From Polyangiales bacterium (lineage in GTDB: Bacteria; Myxococcota_A; Polyangia; Polyangiales; Polyangiaceae): a stretch of 64,000 nucleotides of DNA. The stretch lies in contig JBBRNJ010000001.1 in NCBI GenBank assembly GCA_038230375.1, positions 96,001 through 160,000 on the forward strand, read 5' to 3'. The notes below the pieces were generated by a model that had not been told where the DNA came from, searched no databases, and was given only the letters and a program-made list of their open reading frames with translations. Position 1 is the first letter of the stretch, and each line of letters opens with the position of its first letter. This document shows positions 8,932 to 19,911 of the stretch, one piece after another. Made by a program: the position numbers and the translations under genes.

Positions 8932-9816
8932 CTACACGGCAGGCGGCAGACCGAGCAGCGCGCGTGCGGCGTGCATCTCTTCCGGGAGCGAGCAGTCGGC
9001 GAGGCGCGCACGGAAGATCTCCTCGCGCATGTCGACCGTGGCGTACTGCGCGGAGAGCGCGTCCGCGCGGCGCATCACCGTGACGACGAAGAGCGGCGGC
9101 TTGCCCTCCTTGCCGATGACCGACACGCGTCGCGTGCAGACAAGGCCGGCGGCGCGACCTGCGTCCAGCGCGCGGTCCTTCGGGAACGCGCCCGAGCACG
9201 CGACGAAGAGCCCGGTGGGCGAGAGCAGGCGCGCCGCGGTGAGCGCGTAGTCCTCGATGCCGCCGCGCGTCTCGAAGCAGCATGGTCCGCGCTGCACCTT
9301 CTCCGAAGGCGTGCCGTGGCCGAGCGGGATGTACGGTGGCGTGCCGGTGACCAGGTCGAACGTTGCTCCTTCGGGGAACATGGCCGGGTCGCGCAGATCG
9401 CCGAGCTGCACGGCGACGCGATCGTCCGCGCCGTTGTAGGCGACCGAGCGGCGCGCCATGGCAAGAGACATGTCCTGCGCCTCGACGCCGACCAGGCGGG
9501 CATCCGGGAACGCCCACGCCACGAACATGAGGACGGAGCCGATACCGCATCCCAGATCGCATGCAGTATGCATGTTTCTGCGTGCGCGCCCCTCCTCGAT
9601 CGCGACGACCGCGGTCATGAAGTCGTCGAGCGACCACTTGTGCCCGCGACGCTGCTGGAAGATGCGCCAGTCGCCGGAGAGGAATGACAGCACCTCGTCC
9701 GGGCGCGGCGAAAGATCTGCGCGGCCCTGGGCCCCCCGCGGCGGTGGACCTGCCGGGACCCAGCCACGCGGACGCTTTCGCGCTGCGCGATCGTCGGGAT
9801 CGTTGGAGAGCCTCAT
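8932..9816 (-). CDS. tRNA1(Val) adenine-N6 methyltransferase-like SAM-dependent methyltransferase
   Basis: QxRRGHKWSLD, DLGCGIG (motif I), GVEAQ, GTPPY (NPPY-like motif IV). Confidence 0.8.
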   Translation of the reverse strand: MRLSNDPDDRAARKRPRGWVPAGPPPRGAQGRADLSPRPDEVLSFLSGDWRIFQQRRGHKWSLDDFMTAVVAIEEGRARRNMHTACDLGCGIGSVLMFVAWAFPDARLVGVEAQDMSLAMARRSVAYNGADDRVAVQLGDLRDPAMFPEGATFDLVTGTPPYIPLGHGTPSEKVQRGPCCFETRGGIEDYALTAARLLSPTGLFVACSGAFPKDRALDAGRAAGLVCTRRVSVIGKEGKPPLFVVTVMRRADALSAQYATVDMREEIFRARLADCSLPEEMHAARALLGLPPAV

Positions 9817-9900
9817 CCGAAGGCAACGGAGATAGCACCGCGGCGCCCCGAGTTGTGCTTGATCTCGCCTTGCATGACCATCCGAACGACCCCGCTCCCG

Positions 9901-12054
9901 ATGGCATACGGAAAACGCCCCGACGACCTGGACGTGCTCGCGCGGTCCCGTCTGCTCTCGCATCTCCCCATCAAGGAGGTATCGGAGTTCCTGGACCTGC
10001 TCGATCAGGTGGCACTGCCGCCGGGCACCGCGCTGCTCCGCGAGGGCGACGACGGCGACTGCATGTTCTTCGTGCTCGAGGGCGAGGCGCGGGTGCGGCG
10101 CGGGCAGCTCGAGCTCCGACACGTACATCCCGGAGACTATTTTGGTGAGCTCGCGATGCTGGGCGCGACCAAGCGTGCTGCCTCTGTCGAGTCACTCACG
10201 ACGATGCGCCTCGCGCGGCTCTCTCGCGCGCACTACCTCTTACTGGTGGCGAATCACCCTGGAATCGCCCTGCATTTCACGCAGGCGCTTGCAAGCGGCC
10301 TTGGCGAGGAGCTGGTCGCCATGACGGACAACGTGGGCCTGCTTGCGTATCAGCGGACGCTGCCGCGCCGGCTCGAGGCACACGTGAAGCGTGACAGCGA
10401 CACCATCGTCGTCTCGACGGGCACCATCGTGGGCACCATTCTCCCCAAGGAGGAGCACGGCTGGCAGGTCGTCGGCGCGACGATCGATCGCAAGCCCGCG
10501 TCGCTGGAGACCGCGGTGGTGGCAGACGTTGCCGTGTCGCCGCTCACGGTCGCAGACTGGGAAGGGCGCATGCTCATCCGGCGGAGCGCGGCGCTCGTCT
10601 TCCTCGAGGCAGCGCGCACGGCGGCACCGGACGTGACGCTGTGCATGGGGTCGCCCATCGAGAACGGCACGGTCGTGCGCGTGACGGGGCACGCGGACAC
10701 CACCGAGCTCGCGGAGCGAATCGGCCAGGAGGTCGCGCGCCTCTGTCGCGATGACGTGCCTCTGCGCGAAGAGGTGTGGCAGGTCGAGGAGGCCCGCTCG
10801 CTGCTGCTCGAGCGTGGGTTCTCCGATGCTGCGGCGTTGCTGCTCTCACGCCGGGAGGCGACGATCTCGCTTCTCACCTGCGGCGAGACCTTTGCGCTGG
10901 CGCTGGGCCCCGTTGTACCGCGCGCGTCGTTCCTGTCCGCGCTCTCGGTGCGTCCCCATCCCGAGGGATTGTTCCTGGATCTGGGCTCGGAGGTGCATCG
11001 CGCGCTGCCTGGAAAGGATGGCGCGCACGAGCCGAACGTGGACGTAGAGGTGCGGACGCCGCGCTATGGCGCACCGATGACCCACGCCAGCCGCGAGTGG
11101 TTGACGGAGATGAGCGTCACCGGCGTGGGCCGCTTCAACGAGTACTGCGTGTCCGGCAACGTCCAGGAGGTCATCCGCGTGGCAGAGGGCTTCCACGAGA
11201 AATGGATCGGCCGCATCGCGGATCTCATCACGGAGCGCAAGAGCACGGTCAAGGTGGTGGTGATCGCCGGCCCATCGTCTTCCGGAAAGACCACCTTCAT
11301 CAAGCGACTCACGGTGCAGCTCCTTGTGAACGGCATTCGCCCGAAGAACGTGTCGCTCGACGACTACTACGTCGACCGCGAGAAGAACGTGAAGGACGAG
11401 AAGGGCGAGTACGACTTCGAGGCGTTCGAGGCAATGGACACGAACGCCCTGAAATCCCAGCTATCGCGCCTCTTCACGGGCGCGATGGTGAGCACGTCGC
11501 GCTACGACTTCAAGGCAGGAAAGAGCTACCCCGACGGCGGCGAGACGCTCTCGCTGGGCACGGGCGAGGTGCTGCTTCTCGAGGGCATCCACGGCATGAA
11601 CCCCGACCTCATCGGCGATGCGGTTCCGGCACAGGCCGTGTTCCGGATCTTCGTGCATCCGGCGACCACCCTGGCGTTCGACAAGGCTGGGGTGCTCGCA
11701 CCTGACGACGTGCGGCTCATCCGCCGCATCGTGCGCGACCGCCACACGCGGAACAACACGGCCGCAGATACCATCATGCGCTGGCCGTCGGTGCGGCGCG
11801 GCGAGCTGCTGCACATCTATCCGTTCCTGCCGAACGCGGACGTCGTGTTCGACTCCGCGCTCGTGTACGAGCTCAGCGTGCTGAAGACGTATGCAGAGCG
11901 CTACCTGCTCGAGGTCCCCCCCACGCATCCGGCGTTCACGACGGCGTTCCGCCTGCGGCAGCTGATCGATCAGTTCGTGGCGATCTACCCTGATCACGTG
12001 CCGCCCACGTCGGTTCTGCGCGAGTTCATCGGCGGCAGCGGCTTCGAATACTGA
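9901..12054 (+). CDS. cNMP-binding domain + ThrRS N-terminal-like region + uridine kinase/PRK-family P-loop kinase fusion
   Basis: EGDDGD..FFVLEG...FGELAML...RAASV (cNMP cassette); IAGPSSSGKTT, SLDDYY, EGIHG, RRIVRD, LREFIGGS (ThrRS-fused nucleoside kinase family). Confidence 0.85.
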   Translation: MAYGKRPDDLDVLARSRLLSHLPIKEVSEFLDLLDQVALPPGTALLREGDDGDCMFFVLEGEARVRRGQLELRHVHPGDYFGELAMLGATKRAASVESLTTMRLARLSRAHYLLLVANHPGIALHFTQALASGLGEELVAMTDNVGLLAYQRTLPRRLEAHVKRDSDTIVVSTGTIVGTILPKEEHGWQVVGATIDRKPASLETAVVADVAVSPLTVADWEGRMLIRRSAALVFLEAARTAAPDVTLCMGSPIENGTVVRVTGHADTTELAERIGQEVARLCRDDVPLREEVWQVEEARSLLLERGFSDAAALLLSRREATISLLTCGETFALALGPVVPRASFLSALSVRPHPEGLFLDLGSEVHRALPGKDGAHEPNVDVEVRTPRYGAPMTHASREWLTEMSVTGVGRFNEYCVSGNVQEVIRVAEGFHEKWIGRIADLITERKSTVKVVVIAGPSSSGKTTFIKRLTVQLLVNGIRPKNVSLDDYYVDREKNVKDEKGEYDFEAFEAMDTNALKSQLSRLFTGAMVSTSRYDFKAGKSYPDGGETLSLGTGEVLLLEGIHGMNPDLIGDAVPAQAVFRIFVHPATTLAFDKAGVLAPDDVRLIRRIVRDRHTRNNTAADTIMRWPSVRRGELLHIYPFLPNADVVFDSALVYELSVLKTYAERYLLEVPPTHPAFTTAFRLRQLIDQFVAIYPDHVPPTSVLREFIGGSGFEY

Positions 12055-12124
12055 GGCAAGACGCAGCACCTGCACGGTGGCGTGCATGGTTTTCGAGATC
12101 CCGCGATATACGTTGGCCGCACGC

Positions 12125-13294
12125 ATGGCTGAAGACGGAAGCTATCTCCTGACGGTCAACACCGGCTCGTCCAGCCTGAAGGCGGCGGTGTACCCGTGGG
12201 ACCTTGGCGCGCCTGTGCTTCACGTGAATGTGTCGCGCCTTGGTGATGGTGACGCCAGCGTCCAGGTGGACGGCGCACGCGTGACGCCAGCAGCACGCGT
12301 CACCACGCACGGGGAGGCCGTGGATGCGGTGCTCGCGCTGCTCTCCAGGAGGGCGCTACGCATCAGCGGCGTGGGGCATAGGCTGGTTCACGGCGGACCC
12401 ATGCTGACTGCGCCGCTGCTCCTGACGCCACACGTGCGCGCCGAGCTCGCCGGGTGCGTGACGCTTGCGCCGCTTCACCTGCCGCAGGCGCTGCTTGCGA
12501 TCGATCACCTTTCCGACTCGCTGCCCGACCTTCCGCAGGTCGCGTGCTTCGATACGGCGTTTCACGCAACGCTGCCAGCACACGCCTACACGCTCGCGCT
12601 GCCGTACGCCTTCGCGGAGCTCGGGATCCGCCGGTACGGCTTCCACGGACTCTCGTACGAGTACATCGTCACGAAGCTGCGCGAGCTCGACCCGGTGAAC
12701 GTCGGCGGGCGCGCGGTGGTCCTGCACCTGGGCAACGGCGCGAGCATGGCCGCCATCGCGCGCGGCGTCTCCATTGACACCAGCATGGGCATGACGCCCA
12801 CCGGCGGCATCGTCATGGGTACGCGCTCCGGCGATCTCGATCCGGGCGTGATCCAGCACCTGCTCGCGCGCGGCCTGGTGAAGAGCGCGGACGATCTACA
12901 GACGCTGCTCACGCAGAAATCGGGGCTCTACGGCGTGTCCGGCGTGGGCTCCGACATGCGCGATCTGCTTGCGCGACGCAGCGATCCGCGCGCGCGCCTC
13001 GCGGTGGAGATGTTCACCTACCAGGCGAAGAAGCAGCTGGGCGCATACGCCGCGGCGCTCTCTGGACTGGAGACTGTCGTGTTCACGGGCGGCATTGGCG
13101 AGCACGCGGCCGCCATCCGCGAGGAGATCTGCTCGGGGCTCGAGTTCCTGGGTGTGACGCTCGACCTGGACGCCAACGCGAAGAGCGCGCCGGTCGTATC
13201 CACGAAGGGCGCGCGAGTGACCGTGAGGGTCATTCAGACCGACGAAGATTCGATGATCGCAACGCACACCGCTCGCCTCTTGAGGAAGCCATGA
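12125..13294 (+). CDS. ackA: Acetate/propionate kinase
   Basis: [56 protein letters not shown]. Confidence 0.95.
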   Translation: MAEDGSYLLTVNTGSSSLKAAVYPWDLGAPVLHVNVSRLGDGDASVQVDGARVTPAARVTTHGEAVDAVLALLSRRALRISGVGHRLVHGGPMLTAPLLLTPHVRAELAGCVTLAPLHLPQALLAIDHLSDSLPDLPQVACFDTAFHATLPAHAYTLALPYAFAELGIRRYGFHGLSYEYIVTKLRELDPVNVGGRAVVLHLGNGASMAAIARGVSIDTSMGMTPTGGIVMGTRSGDLDPGVIQHLLARGLVKSADDLQTLLTQKSGLYGVSGVGSDMRDLLARRSDPRARLAVEMFTYQAKKQLGAYAAALSGLETVVFTGGIGEHAAAIREEICSGLEFLGVTLDLDANAKSAPVVSTKGARVTVRVIQTDEDSMIATHTARLLRKP

Positions 13295-15732
13295 CCACGA
13301 CAATCTCGAACGACGGACAGGCGAAGAACATGAGCGGCAAGACCGGCAAAGGGCCGCTGAGCCCCGAGACGCTGGAGCGCATGCAGCGCTACTTCTCCGC
13401 GGCGAACTACCTCTCCGTGGGGCAGATCTACCTCCTTGCCAACGCGCTCATGAAGGAGCCGCTCCGTCACGAGCACATCAAGCCGCGCCTGCTCGGGCAC
13501 TGGGGAACCACGCCCGGACTGAACTTCCTGTTCGTGCACCTGAACCGCATCATCAGGGAGCGCGATGCGAACATGATCTACATCATCGGCCCGGGACACG
13601 GCGGGCCCGCGGCGGTGGCGAACGCGTACCTGGAGGGCACGTACAGCGAGGTGTACCCGAACATCTCCCAGGACGAGGAAGGCATCCACCACCTCTTCCG
13701 GCAGTTCTCCTTTCCGGGCGGTATCCCCAGTCACGTCTCGCCCGAGACGCCAGGCTCCATCCATGAGGGCGGCGAGCTGGGCTACGCGCTCTCGCATGCG
13801 TACGGCGCTGCGTTCGACAATCCCGATCTCGTGGTCGCTGCGGTCGTGGGCGATGGTGAGGCGGAGACGGGGCCGCTCGCGACCAGCTGGCACTCGAACA
13901 AGTTCTTGAACCCGAAGACGGACGGCGCGGTGCTGCCGATCCTTCATCTGAATGGCTACAAGATCGCCGGGCCCACGGTCCTTGCGCGCATCACCAACGA
14001 GGAGCTGGAGCAGCTGTTCCGCGGCTACGGCTACGTGCCGCATTTCGTGGAGGGCAACGAGCCGTACGAGCGGCATCTGGATCCGCGCACGATGCACCAG
14101 AAGCTCGCTGCCACGCTGGACACGTGCATGGACGACATCAAGAAGATCCAGGAGCGCGCGCGCACGGGCGGCGTGACCGAGCGGCCGCGATGGCCGATGA
14201 TCATCTTCCGCACGCCGAAGGGCTGGACCGGACCCGACATGGTGGACGGCAAGCCGGTGGAGGGCTCGTGGCGCTCACACCAGGTGCCGCTCTCCGAGAC
14301 GAAGAGCGAAGAGCACATGGCGCAGCTGGAGAAGTGGCTGCGCAGCTACGAGCCGGAGAAGCTCTTCGACGCGAACGGGAAGCTTGCCGCGGAGCTCGCG
14401 GAGCTTGCGCCGAAGGGCACGCGTCGCATGAGCGCGAACCCGCACGCGAACGGCGGCCTCCTGCTGCGCGATCTACGCTTGCCCGATTTCCGCGACTACG
14501 CCGTGCACGTGCCGACACCGGGAGCGGTGGACGCAGAGGCCACGCGTATCCAGGGCAACTACATGCGCGATGTGATGGCGAAGAACATGGAGAGCGCGAA
14601 CTTCCGCGTCTTCTCCCCCGACGAGACCGCGTCCAACCGCTGGGGCGCGCTGTTCGAGAAGACGGATCGCTGCTCCGTAGCCACGCACATCCCCGACGAC
14701 TCGAACGTGGCGCCGAACGGCCGCGTGATGGAGATGCTGAGCGAGCACCAGTGCCAGGGCTGGCTCGAGGGTTACCTGCTCACGGGCCGCCACGGCTTCT
14801 TCTCTTGCTACGAGGCGTTCATCCACATCATCGACTCGATGCTCAACCAGCATGCGAAGTGGCTGAAGGTGACGCGCCACATTCCATGGCGACGGCCCAT
14901 TGCGTCACTGAACTACCTGCTCACGTCGCACGTGTGGCGGCAGGACCACAATGGCTTCTCGCACCAGGATCCGGGCTTCATCGATCACGTGGTGAACAAG
15001 AAGTCGGAGATCATCCGCGTGTATCTGCCGCCGGACGCGAACACGCTCTTGTCCGTGACGGATCACTGCCTGCGAAGCCGCGACTACGTGAACGTGGTGG
15101 TCGCAGGGAAGCAGCCCGCGCCGCAGTGGCTCACGATGGACCAGGCGATCGCGCACTGTACGAGCGGCATCGGCATCTGGGAGTGGGCGTCGAACGACGA
15201 GGGCAGCGAGCCTGACGTGGTGATGGCGTGCGCGGGAGACGTGCCCACGCTGGAGACGCTGGCCGCGGTGGAGATCCTTCGCGCGCGATTGCCAGAGCTG
15301 AAGGTGCGCGTCGTCAACGTCGTGGACCTGATGCGACTGCAGCCGGCGAGCGAGCATCCGCACGGGCTCTCGGACAACGATTTCGACGTGCTGTTCACGA
15401 AGGACAAGCCGGTGATCTTCGCGTTCCACGGGTACCCGTGGCTCATTCACAGGCTGACGTATCGCCGCACGAACCACGAGAACATCCACGTGCGCGGCTA
15501 CAAGGAAGAGGGCACGACGACCACGCCGTTCGACATGGTGGTGCTGAACGATCTCGATCGGTATCACCTGGTGGGCGACGTGATCGACCGGCTGCCTGCG
15601 CTCGGCGCGCGCGCGGCGTACCAGAAGCAGTGGCTGCGCGACAAGCTCACGAAGCACAAGCAGTACATCCGCGAGCACGGGGATGATCTGCCGGAGATCC
15701 GGGAATGGAGATGGGGACTGGGGAAGAAGTGA
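13291..15732 (+). CDS. xfp: Xylulose-5-phosphate/fructose-6-phosphate phosphoketolase
   Basis: [64 protein letters not shown] overlap with ackA. Confidence 0.97.
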   Translation: MTTTISNDGQAKNMSGKTGKGPLSPETLERMQRYFSAANYLSVGQIYLLANALMKEPLRHEHIKPRLLGHWGTTPGLNFLFVHLNRIIRERDANMIYIIGPGHGGPAAVANAYLEGTYSEVYPNISQDEEGIHHLFRQFSFPGGIPSHVSPETPGSIHEGGELGYALSHAYGAAFDNPDLVVAAVVGDGEAETGPLATSWHSNKFLNPKTDGAVLPILHLNGYKIAGPTVLARITNEELEQLFRGYGYVPHFVEGNEPYERHLDPRTMHQKLAATLDTCMDDIKKIQERARTGGVTERPRWPMIIFRTPKGWTGPDMVDGKPVEGSWRSHQVPLSETKSEEHMAQLEKWLRSYEPEKLFDANGKLAAELAELAPKGTRRMSANPHANGGLLLRDLRLPDFRDYAVHVPTPGAVDAEATRIQGNYMRDVMAKNMESANFRVFSPDETASNRWGALFEKTDRCSVATHIPDDSNVAPNGRVMEMLSEHQCQGWLEGYLLTGRHGFFSCYEAFIHIIDSMLNQHAKWLKVTRHIPWRRPIASLNYLLTSHVWRQDHNGFSHQDPGFIDHVVNKKSEIIRVYLPPDANTLLSVTDHCLRSRDYVNVVVAGKQPAPQWLTMDQAIAHCTSGIGIWEWASNDEGSEPDVVMACAGDVPTLETLAAVEILRARLPELKVRVVNVVDLMRLQPASEHPHGLSDNDFDVLFTKDKPVIFAFHGYPWLIHRLTYRRTNHENIHVRGYKEEGTTTTPFDMVVLNDLDRYHLVGDVIDRLPALGARAAYQKQWLRDKLTKHKQYIREHGDDLPEIREWRWGLGKK

Positions 15733-15906
15733 GAGGCGAAGAGAGGGGAAGGGCGGGATTGAGGTGGAGGGGAGTCGTGTCATGCTTCCGTGGCACCGCC
15801 ACTCTGCGACCCTGGACTCCTATCTGCCCGGACCCGCCCGACGCGCAGACGATCCAGCTCACGTGCTACGAAAGTGTCCCCGCGTCGGGGCCCTGCAGTC
15901 TCTGAG

Positions 15907-15931
15907 CGACCTGGACTTCGACTTCGACCTT
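15907..15931 (+). repeat. Short GACNNC hexamer tract
   Basis: gacctg gacttc gacttc gacctt downstream of xfp. Confidence 0.5.
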
Positions 15932-16014
15932 CACTGAACGCGCGTCATCATCCTCATACAGAGACCACACTGACCCACGTGACGAGGGGCTCTGCGTCGT
16001 CGTATTCTGGGCAG

Positions 16015-16875
16015 GTGGGGACGCGGTCGAATTTGTGCGGGGTGATCGCTCTTGGCGCGCTTGCGGCAAGCGTCATTGCTTGCGGCCACAGCGCAACTAG
16101 CGTCGTGGCGGGCGTTGCTCCGATCGCTCCTGCGGCCATCGCGTCTGTGGTGCCGCGGCCGCCGCCTTCTCCTGAGCGACCTGTGCCGGTGCCAACCGCG
16201 CGCGCGATGATGGCTCCCAACGTCCCCGAGGAGCTGGCGCTGCCTGTCCGTGATCCGCGCTTCTACAAGCGCCCGCATCGGCCCGCCACGCTCATCACGC
16301 ATCAGATCAACGTGCTCAGTCTTTCGCTTCCAGCGCCGGAGCTCCCGGGCGGAATCGATCCCGAGGTCCTGATCGAGCTCGCGACCGCATACGCGGAGCT
16401 CGCGCGTGTGACGCCCACGTCGACCGCAGAGCACGACACCGCACGGGCGGACGCACGCGCGGCATACATGCGCTACGGAGGCATCGTGCCGCCATCGGAT
16501 GGCGCGGAGTCAGCGGCATACTTCGTAGCGCTCGAGTACGAGCTCGATGGTGATCGCGCAGTCGCCCGAGCGGCCTATCAGGCGATGCTCACGCAGACAC
16601 CCGCTGCGTGGACGGCACCGTACTGCCACGTAGGTCTCGCCGAGCTCATTCTCCACGAGGCGAATGGCGACGCGATCGCGCGCGAGCAAGCGCTCGTCCA
16701 CTACGAGGCGGCGCTGAAGCAGCTGCGGCGCGATCAGGATCTCTATCCGTTCGCCATTCTGAGGATCGGGCAATCACAGCTCGCACTGGGCGACACGAAG
16801 GCAGGAACACGAACGCTGGAGCGCCTCGCCCGCGAGTTCCCGAAGTCGGAAGCGACGCGCATGGCGAACCCGTAG
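16015..16875 (+). CDS. TPR-like lipoprotein
   Basis: Lipobox VIAC, Pro-rich linker, TPR-like helices ending LAREFPKSE; start uncertain. Confidence 0.6.
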   Translation: MGTRSNLCGVIALGALAASVIACGHSATSVVAGVAPIAPAAIASVVPRPPPSPERPVPVPTARAMMAPNVPEELALPVRDPRFYKRPHRPATLITHQINVLSLSLPAPELPGGIDPEVLIELATAYAELARVTPTSTAEHDTARADARAAYMRYGGIVPPSDGAESAAYFVALEYELDGDRAVARAAYQAMLTQTPAAWTAPYCHVGLAELILHEANGDAIAREQALVHYEAALKQLRRDQDLYPFAILRIGQSQLALGDTKAGTRTLERLAREFPKSEATRMANP

Positions 16876-16879
16876 CCGC

Positions 16880-16945
16880 CTTCGACCCGACCTCGACTTC
16901 GACCTTGACCTCGACCTCAACCTCCACCCCTCCCTCGACCTCCAT
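16880..16945 (+). repeat. Degenerate GACCTC hexamer tract
   Basis: cgacctcgacttcgaccttgacctcgacctcaacctccacc immediately after a stop codon. Confidence 0.7.
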
Positions 16946-17085
16946 CCCTCCCCTTTCCGAGCTCAGCCTTCGGAGAAACACGATCGGAACGGCAGCCTTT
17001 TTATCGCAGAGTACGTATTTTGCGACGCCCGGAAAGGTGGGGCGATTTTCTGAAATTTCGGCGTGGGCTGGAACGACATGGGGTG

Positions 17086-17295
17086 ATGAAGTTCCTCGTC
17101 TGGTGCCTGCTGTTCGTCGTGTGCTGGCCGCTCGCGCTCGTGGCGCTCGTGGTCTACCCGATCGTGTGGCTCGTGCTGTTGCCGTTCCGACTGATCGGCT
17201 TCACGGTGCGCACGGTGCTCGATCTCGTGTGGTCGATCGTCACGTTGCCGTTGCGCATCCTCACGCCGCGGCGTCGGTTCCACTTGATGGCCTGA
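17086..17295 (+). CDS. Small hydrophobic membrane protein
   Basis: MKFLVWCLLFVVCWPLAL...LPFRLIG...LPLRIL; strongly GC3-biased codons. Confidence 0.7.
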   Translation: MKFLVWCLLFVVCWPLALVALVVYPIVWLVLLPFRLIGFTVRTVLDLVWSIVTLPLRILTPRRRFHLMA

Positions 17296-17310
17296 CGCGA
17301 CTCGGCCAAC

Positions 17311-18141
17311 TCAGCTGAGCATGGCGGCGTGACCTCTGCGCAGCGCTCGCTCCCACTTCGCGCTCGCGCTCTCGCCGGGTGTGCCCGCGCGCGTTAGCTC
17401 TCCGCAGATCGCGGCGGTCATAGCATCGCCCGCGCCTTGTTTGTCCGCTGGCAACGGCTTCGGCGGGACGAACGCGACCTCTCCGAACGGGCCCGTTGCG
17501 ACCGCTCCGCCTCTGGCGTCACTCATCACGAGCGTCGCGCCCTTGCGAAGCGCCTTCCGCACGCTCTCCGCGTTCATGCCGATCACCGCAAGGTCTGCGA
17601 CGCTGCAGCGCGCGACGTCCACCTCGCGCAACACCATCTGGATGGTCCGCGGATCGCGTCCGACCCACAGGTGCAGGCTCGCATTGAAGTCGATCACCAC
17701 CAGCGTACCTTCGCGACGCGCGCGACGCGCAGCCTTGCACAGCGCCGCCGCCTGGGAGACCACGGGCGACAGGCCCGACAACAGCAGCACCTGCGAGGAC
17801 CAAGCGGCGGGCACCTCGAGAGGGCGCGGCTCATCCACGTCCGGTGACAGGGACGCAGGCAGCTGCGAGGCCGAGCCCGTTGCGTCCACGAGAAGTAGAC
17901 CCGCACGCGGCCTCGTGAGCGTGACCCCTCCGACATCCACGCCCGTCGCCGCGATCCGCTCGACGGCCATGCGGCCCTGCGCATCGTCCGTGACGACGGT
18001 CGCAAGCCCGACGCGACGCCCCTCCCGAGCAAGAGCAACCGCCACGTTCACGGCGCCGCCACCGGGACGGAGCCCGCGACCTGCGAGCTTCCATTGCGGT
18101 TCGCCAGTACAGATCACGTCGAAGCTCTTCGGCGCATGCAT
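17311..18141 (-). CDS. PfkB-family carbohydrate kinase
   Basis: PGGGAVNVAVALAR, DFN, GAGDA motifs. Confidence 0.85.
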   Translation of the reverse strand: MHAPKSFDVICTGEPQWKLAGRGLRPGGGAVNVAVALAREGRRVGLATVVTDDAQGRMAVERIAATGVDVGGVTLTRPRAGLLLVDATGSASQLPASLSPDVDEPRPLEVPAAWSSQVLLLSGLSPVVSQAAALCKAARRARREGTLVVIDFNASLHLWVGRDPRTIQMVLREVDVARCSVADLAVIGMNAESVRKALRKGATLVMSDARGGAVATGPFGEVAFVPPKPLPADKQGAGDAMTAAICGELTRAGTPGESASAKWERALRRGHAAMLS

Positions 18142-18164
18142 ACACAGAGTTTACACCGGGATTT

Positions 18165-18475
18165 CGACGGCGCCTTCGACTTCGACCGCGACCCTGGACC
18201 TCGACAACGACCTCGACTTCGACAACGACCCTGGACCTCGACAACGGCTTCGACCTCGACCCTCGACCTCGACTTCGACCTCGACAACGACCTCGACTTC
18301 GACCTCGACAACGACCTCGACCTCGACCCTCGACCTCGACAACGACCTCGACAACGACCTCGACCCTCGACCTCGACAACGCCTTCGACAACGCCTTCGA
18401 CAACGACCTCGACTTCGACCTCGACCTCGACGTAGACCTCAACCTCTCCCTTGACCTCGACCCCTCCCCCGACCT
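18165..18475 (+). repeat. Complex GACNNC hexamer minisatellite (~45 units) between divergent genes
   Basis: Units gacctc, gacaac, gacttc, gccttc with interspersed 7-nt units gaccctc/gaccctg. Confidence 0.9.
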
Positions 18476-18498
18476 CTCCAGCGACGCGCGCCTTTGAC

Positions 18499-19911
18499 GT
18501 GAGCACGCGGGTGCTTGCAGGAGCGTTGCTTCTGTCGGTGCTCGCGGGCGCGTTGCACGATGTGTCTCGTGCATGGGACGTCTGGTACTACCACCTGCCG
18601 TTTGCTGCGCGGATCGCGGGGATCGTGCCCGCTGGCGAGTTCGTGTTTCATCCGGCGGATCAGGCTCGGTTCGACGGATTTCCTCTGCTCGGCGAGGCAC
18701 TGCAAGGGCTGCTGTGGCGCGTCACCGGGCGGCCCGAGAGCGCGAACCTCGTGGCGTACGCGTCCGTGCCGCTCTTCGCGTGGTTCCTGCGGCGTGCGTT
18801 CCGCGTGCCGTGGCAGCTCACCGTCCTTGCGCTGTTTGCGATCCCGCTCGTGCAGATCCACGCGAGCTCCGCCTATGTCGATCTGCCTGCCAATACAGCG
18901 GCGAGCGTGGTGGTGATGCTTGCGATTCGTGCGCACGCGACACGCGCGCCGCTCGCGCGAGGGACGCTGACGCTCGCCGTGCTGTCCGCGGCTGTCGCGG
19001 CGAACATGAAGGTGATGATGGGGCCCATCGTGCTCGTCGGCCTTGGCGCGCTCGCCGTGGAGCTCCTGCGCCAGCAACGCGCGGCTCCGCTCCGCGACAA
19101 GCTCCGCTGGTCCGCGATGGCCGTGGTCGCGCTGCTCGCGGTCTTCGCGACGCCGCTGAAGAACGCCGCGCTGCACGGAAATCCCTGGTACCCGGTGGAG
19201 GTCTCGGCGCTGGGCTTCACGTTCGCGGGACCGGAGCAGCCTTACTCGTTCGCGCCCGCGTGGCTCGTGGACAAGCCGCGCATCGTGCGCTTCGTGTGCT
19301 CTCTGCTGGAGATCGGACTGCGCCCCTACTCCAGCACTCGCCGCTGGACCATCGACCAGTTCATGCCCGCGGACCAGGCCGGCAGCCGCCTGGGCGGATA
19401 CTTCGACGCGTACGTGGTCGCGATGATCGTTGCGCTCGCTGTCCTTGTCTGGCGTGCAGGCGCGCGCTCACGGCGGGCGCGTGTATCCGCGATCGGCTGC
19501 GGCGCGTTCACGCTGCTCGTCTCCCACATGCCGCAGGCGCACGAGCTCCGCTACTACATGTGCTGGATGATCGTGCTCGTGGCGCTGGTCCTCTGGCTCG
19601 CGCAGCCCGAAGACGCCGCTTCATCGCGCAGCATTTCCAGCCGCTGGCTCTACGCCGTCTGCGTTCCCGCGCTCGCGGCGGTCATTGTCGTGACGCGTGC
19701 AGGATGCATCTATCCGTCCGGTGTGGGCTTCACCGAGCTGCTTCGAGAACAGGTGGACGAGGGCGCGCTCGACAACGTGCAGGAGCGCGTGTGCATCAAC
19801 CGGGCGCCATGGAACATCCTCTGGGCGGCGCGCTTCCACGCCCGACGCCAGTACGTGGTCTACGAGGCGGAAGGCCCTGCGGACTGCCGCGGCGCGAGCG
19901 AGCTGCCCTGA
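18499..19911 (+). CDS. Polytopic membrane protein, possible GT-C fold glycosyltransferase
   Basis: About 10 TM helices; WDxxxYH early loop, YVD, GNPWYP, ELRY motifs; adjacent to GT2 and DUF2304-like genes. Confidence 0.6.
   Translation: MSTRVLAGALLLSVLAGALHDVSRAWDVWYYHLPFAARIAGIVPAGEFVFHPADQARFDGFPLLGEALQGLLWRVTGRPESANLVAYASVPLFAWFLRRAFRVPWQLTVLALFAIPLVQIHASSAYVDLPANTAASVVVMLAIRAHATRAPLARGTLTLAVLSAAVAANMKVMMGPIVLVGLGALAVELLRQQRAAPLRDKLRWSAMAVVALLAVFATPLKNAALHGNPWYPVEVSALGFTFAGPEQPYSFAPAWLVDKPRIVRFVCSLLEIGLRPYSSTRRWTIDQFMPADQAGSRLGGYFDAYVVAMIVALAVLVWRAGARSRRARVSAIGCGAFTLLVSHMPQAHELRYYMCWMIVLVALVLWLAQPEDAASSRSISSRWLYAVCVPALAAVIVVTRAGCIYPSGVGFTELLREQVDEGALDNVQERVCINRAPWNILWAARFHARRQYVVYEAEGPADCRGASELP

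Noticed and set aside
8921..9907. N-terminal extension making a 501-aa CAP protein
   Set aside because: Overlaps the methyltransferase in another frame; a lipoprotein signal starts at 8920
18165..18475. Possible CRISPR array
   Set aside because: No 23-47 nt repeats with unique spacers and no cas genes
18094..18506. ORFs encoding STST/VEVE/DLDL/RPRP repeats
   Set aside because: Translations of the hexamer minisatellite; 7-nt units break the frame
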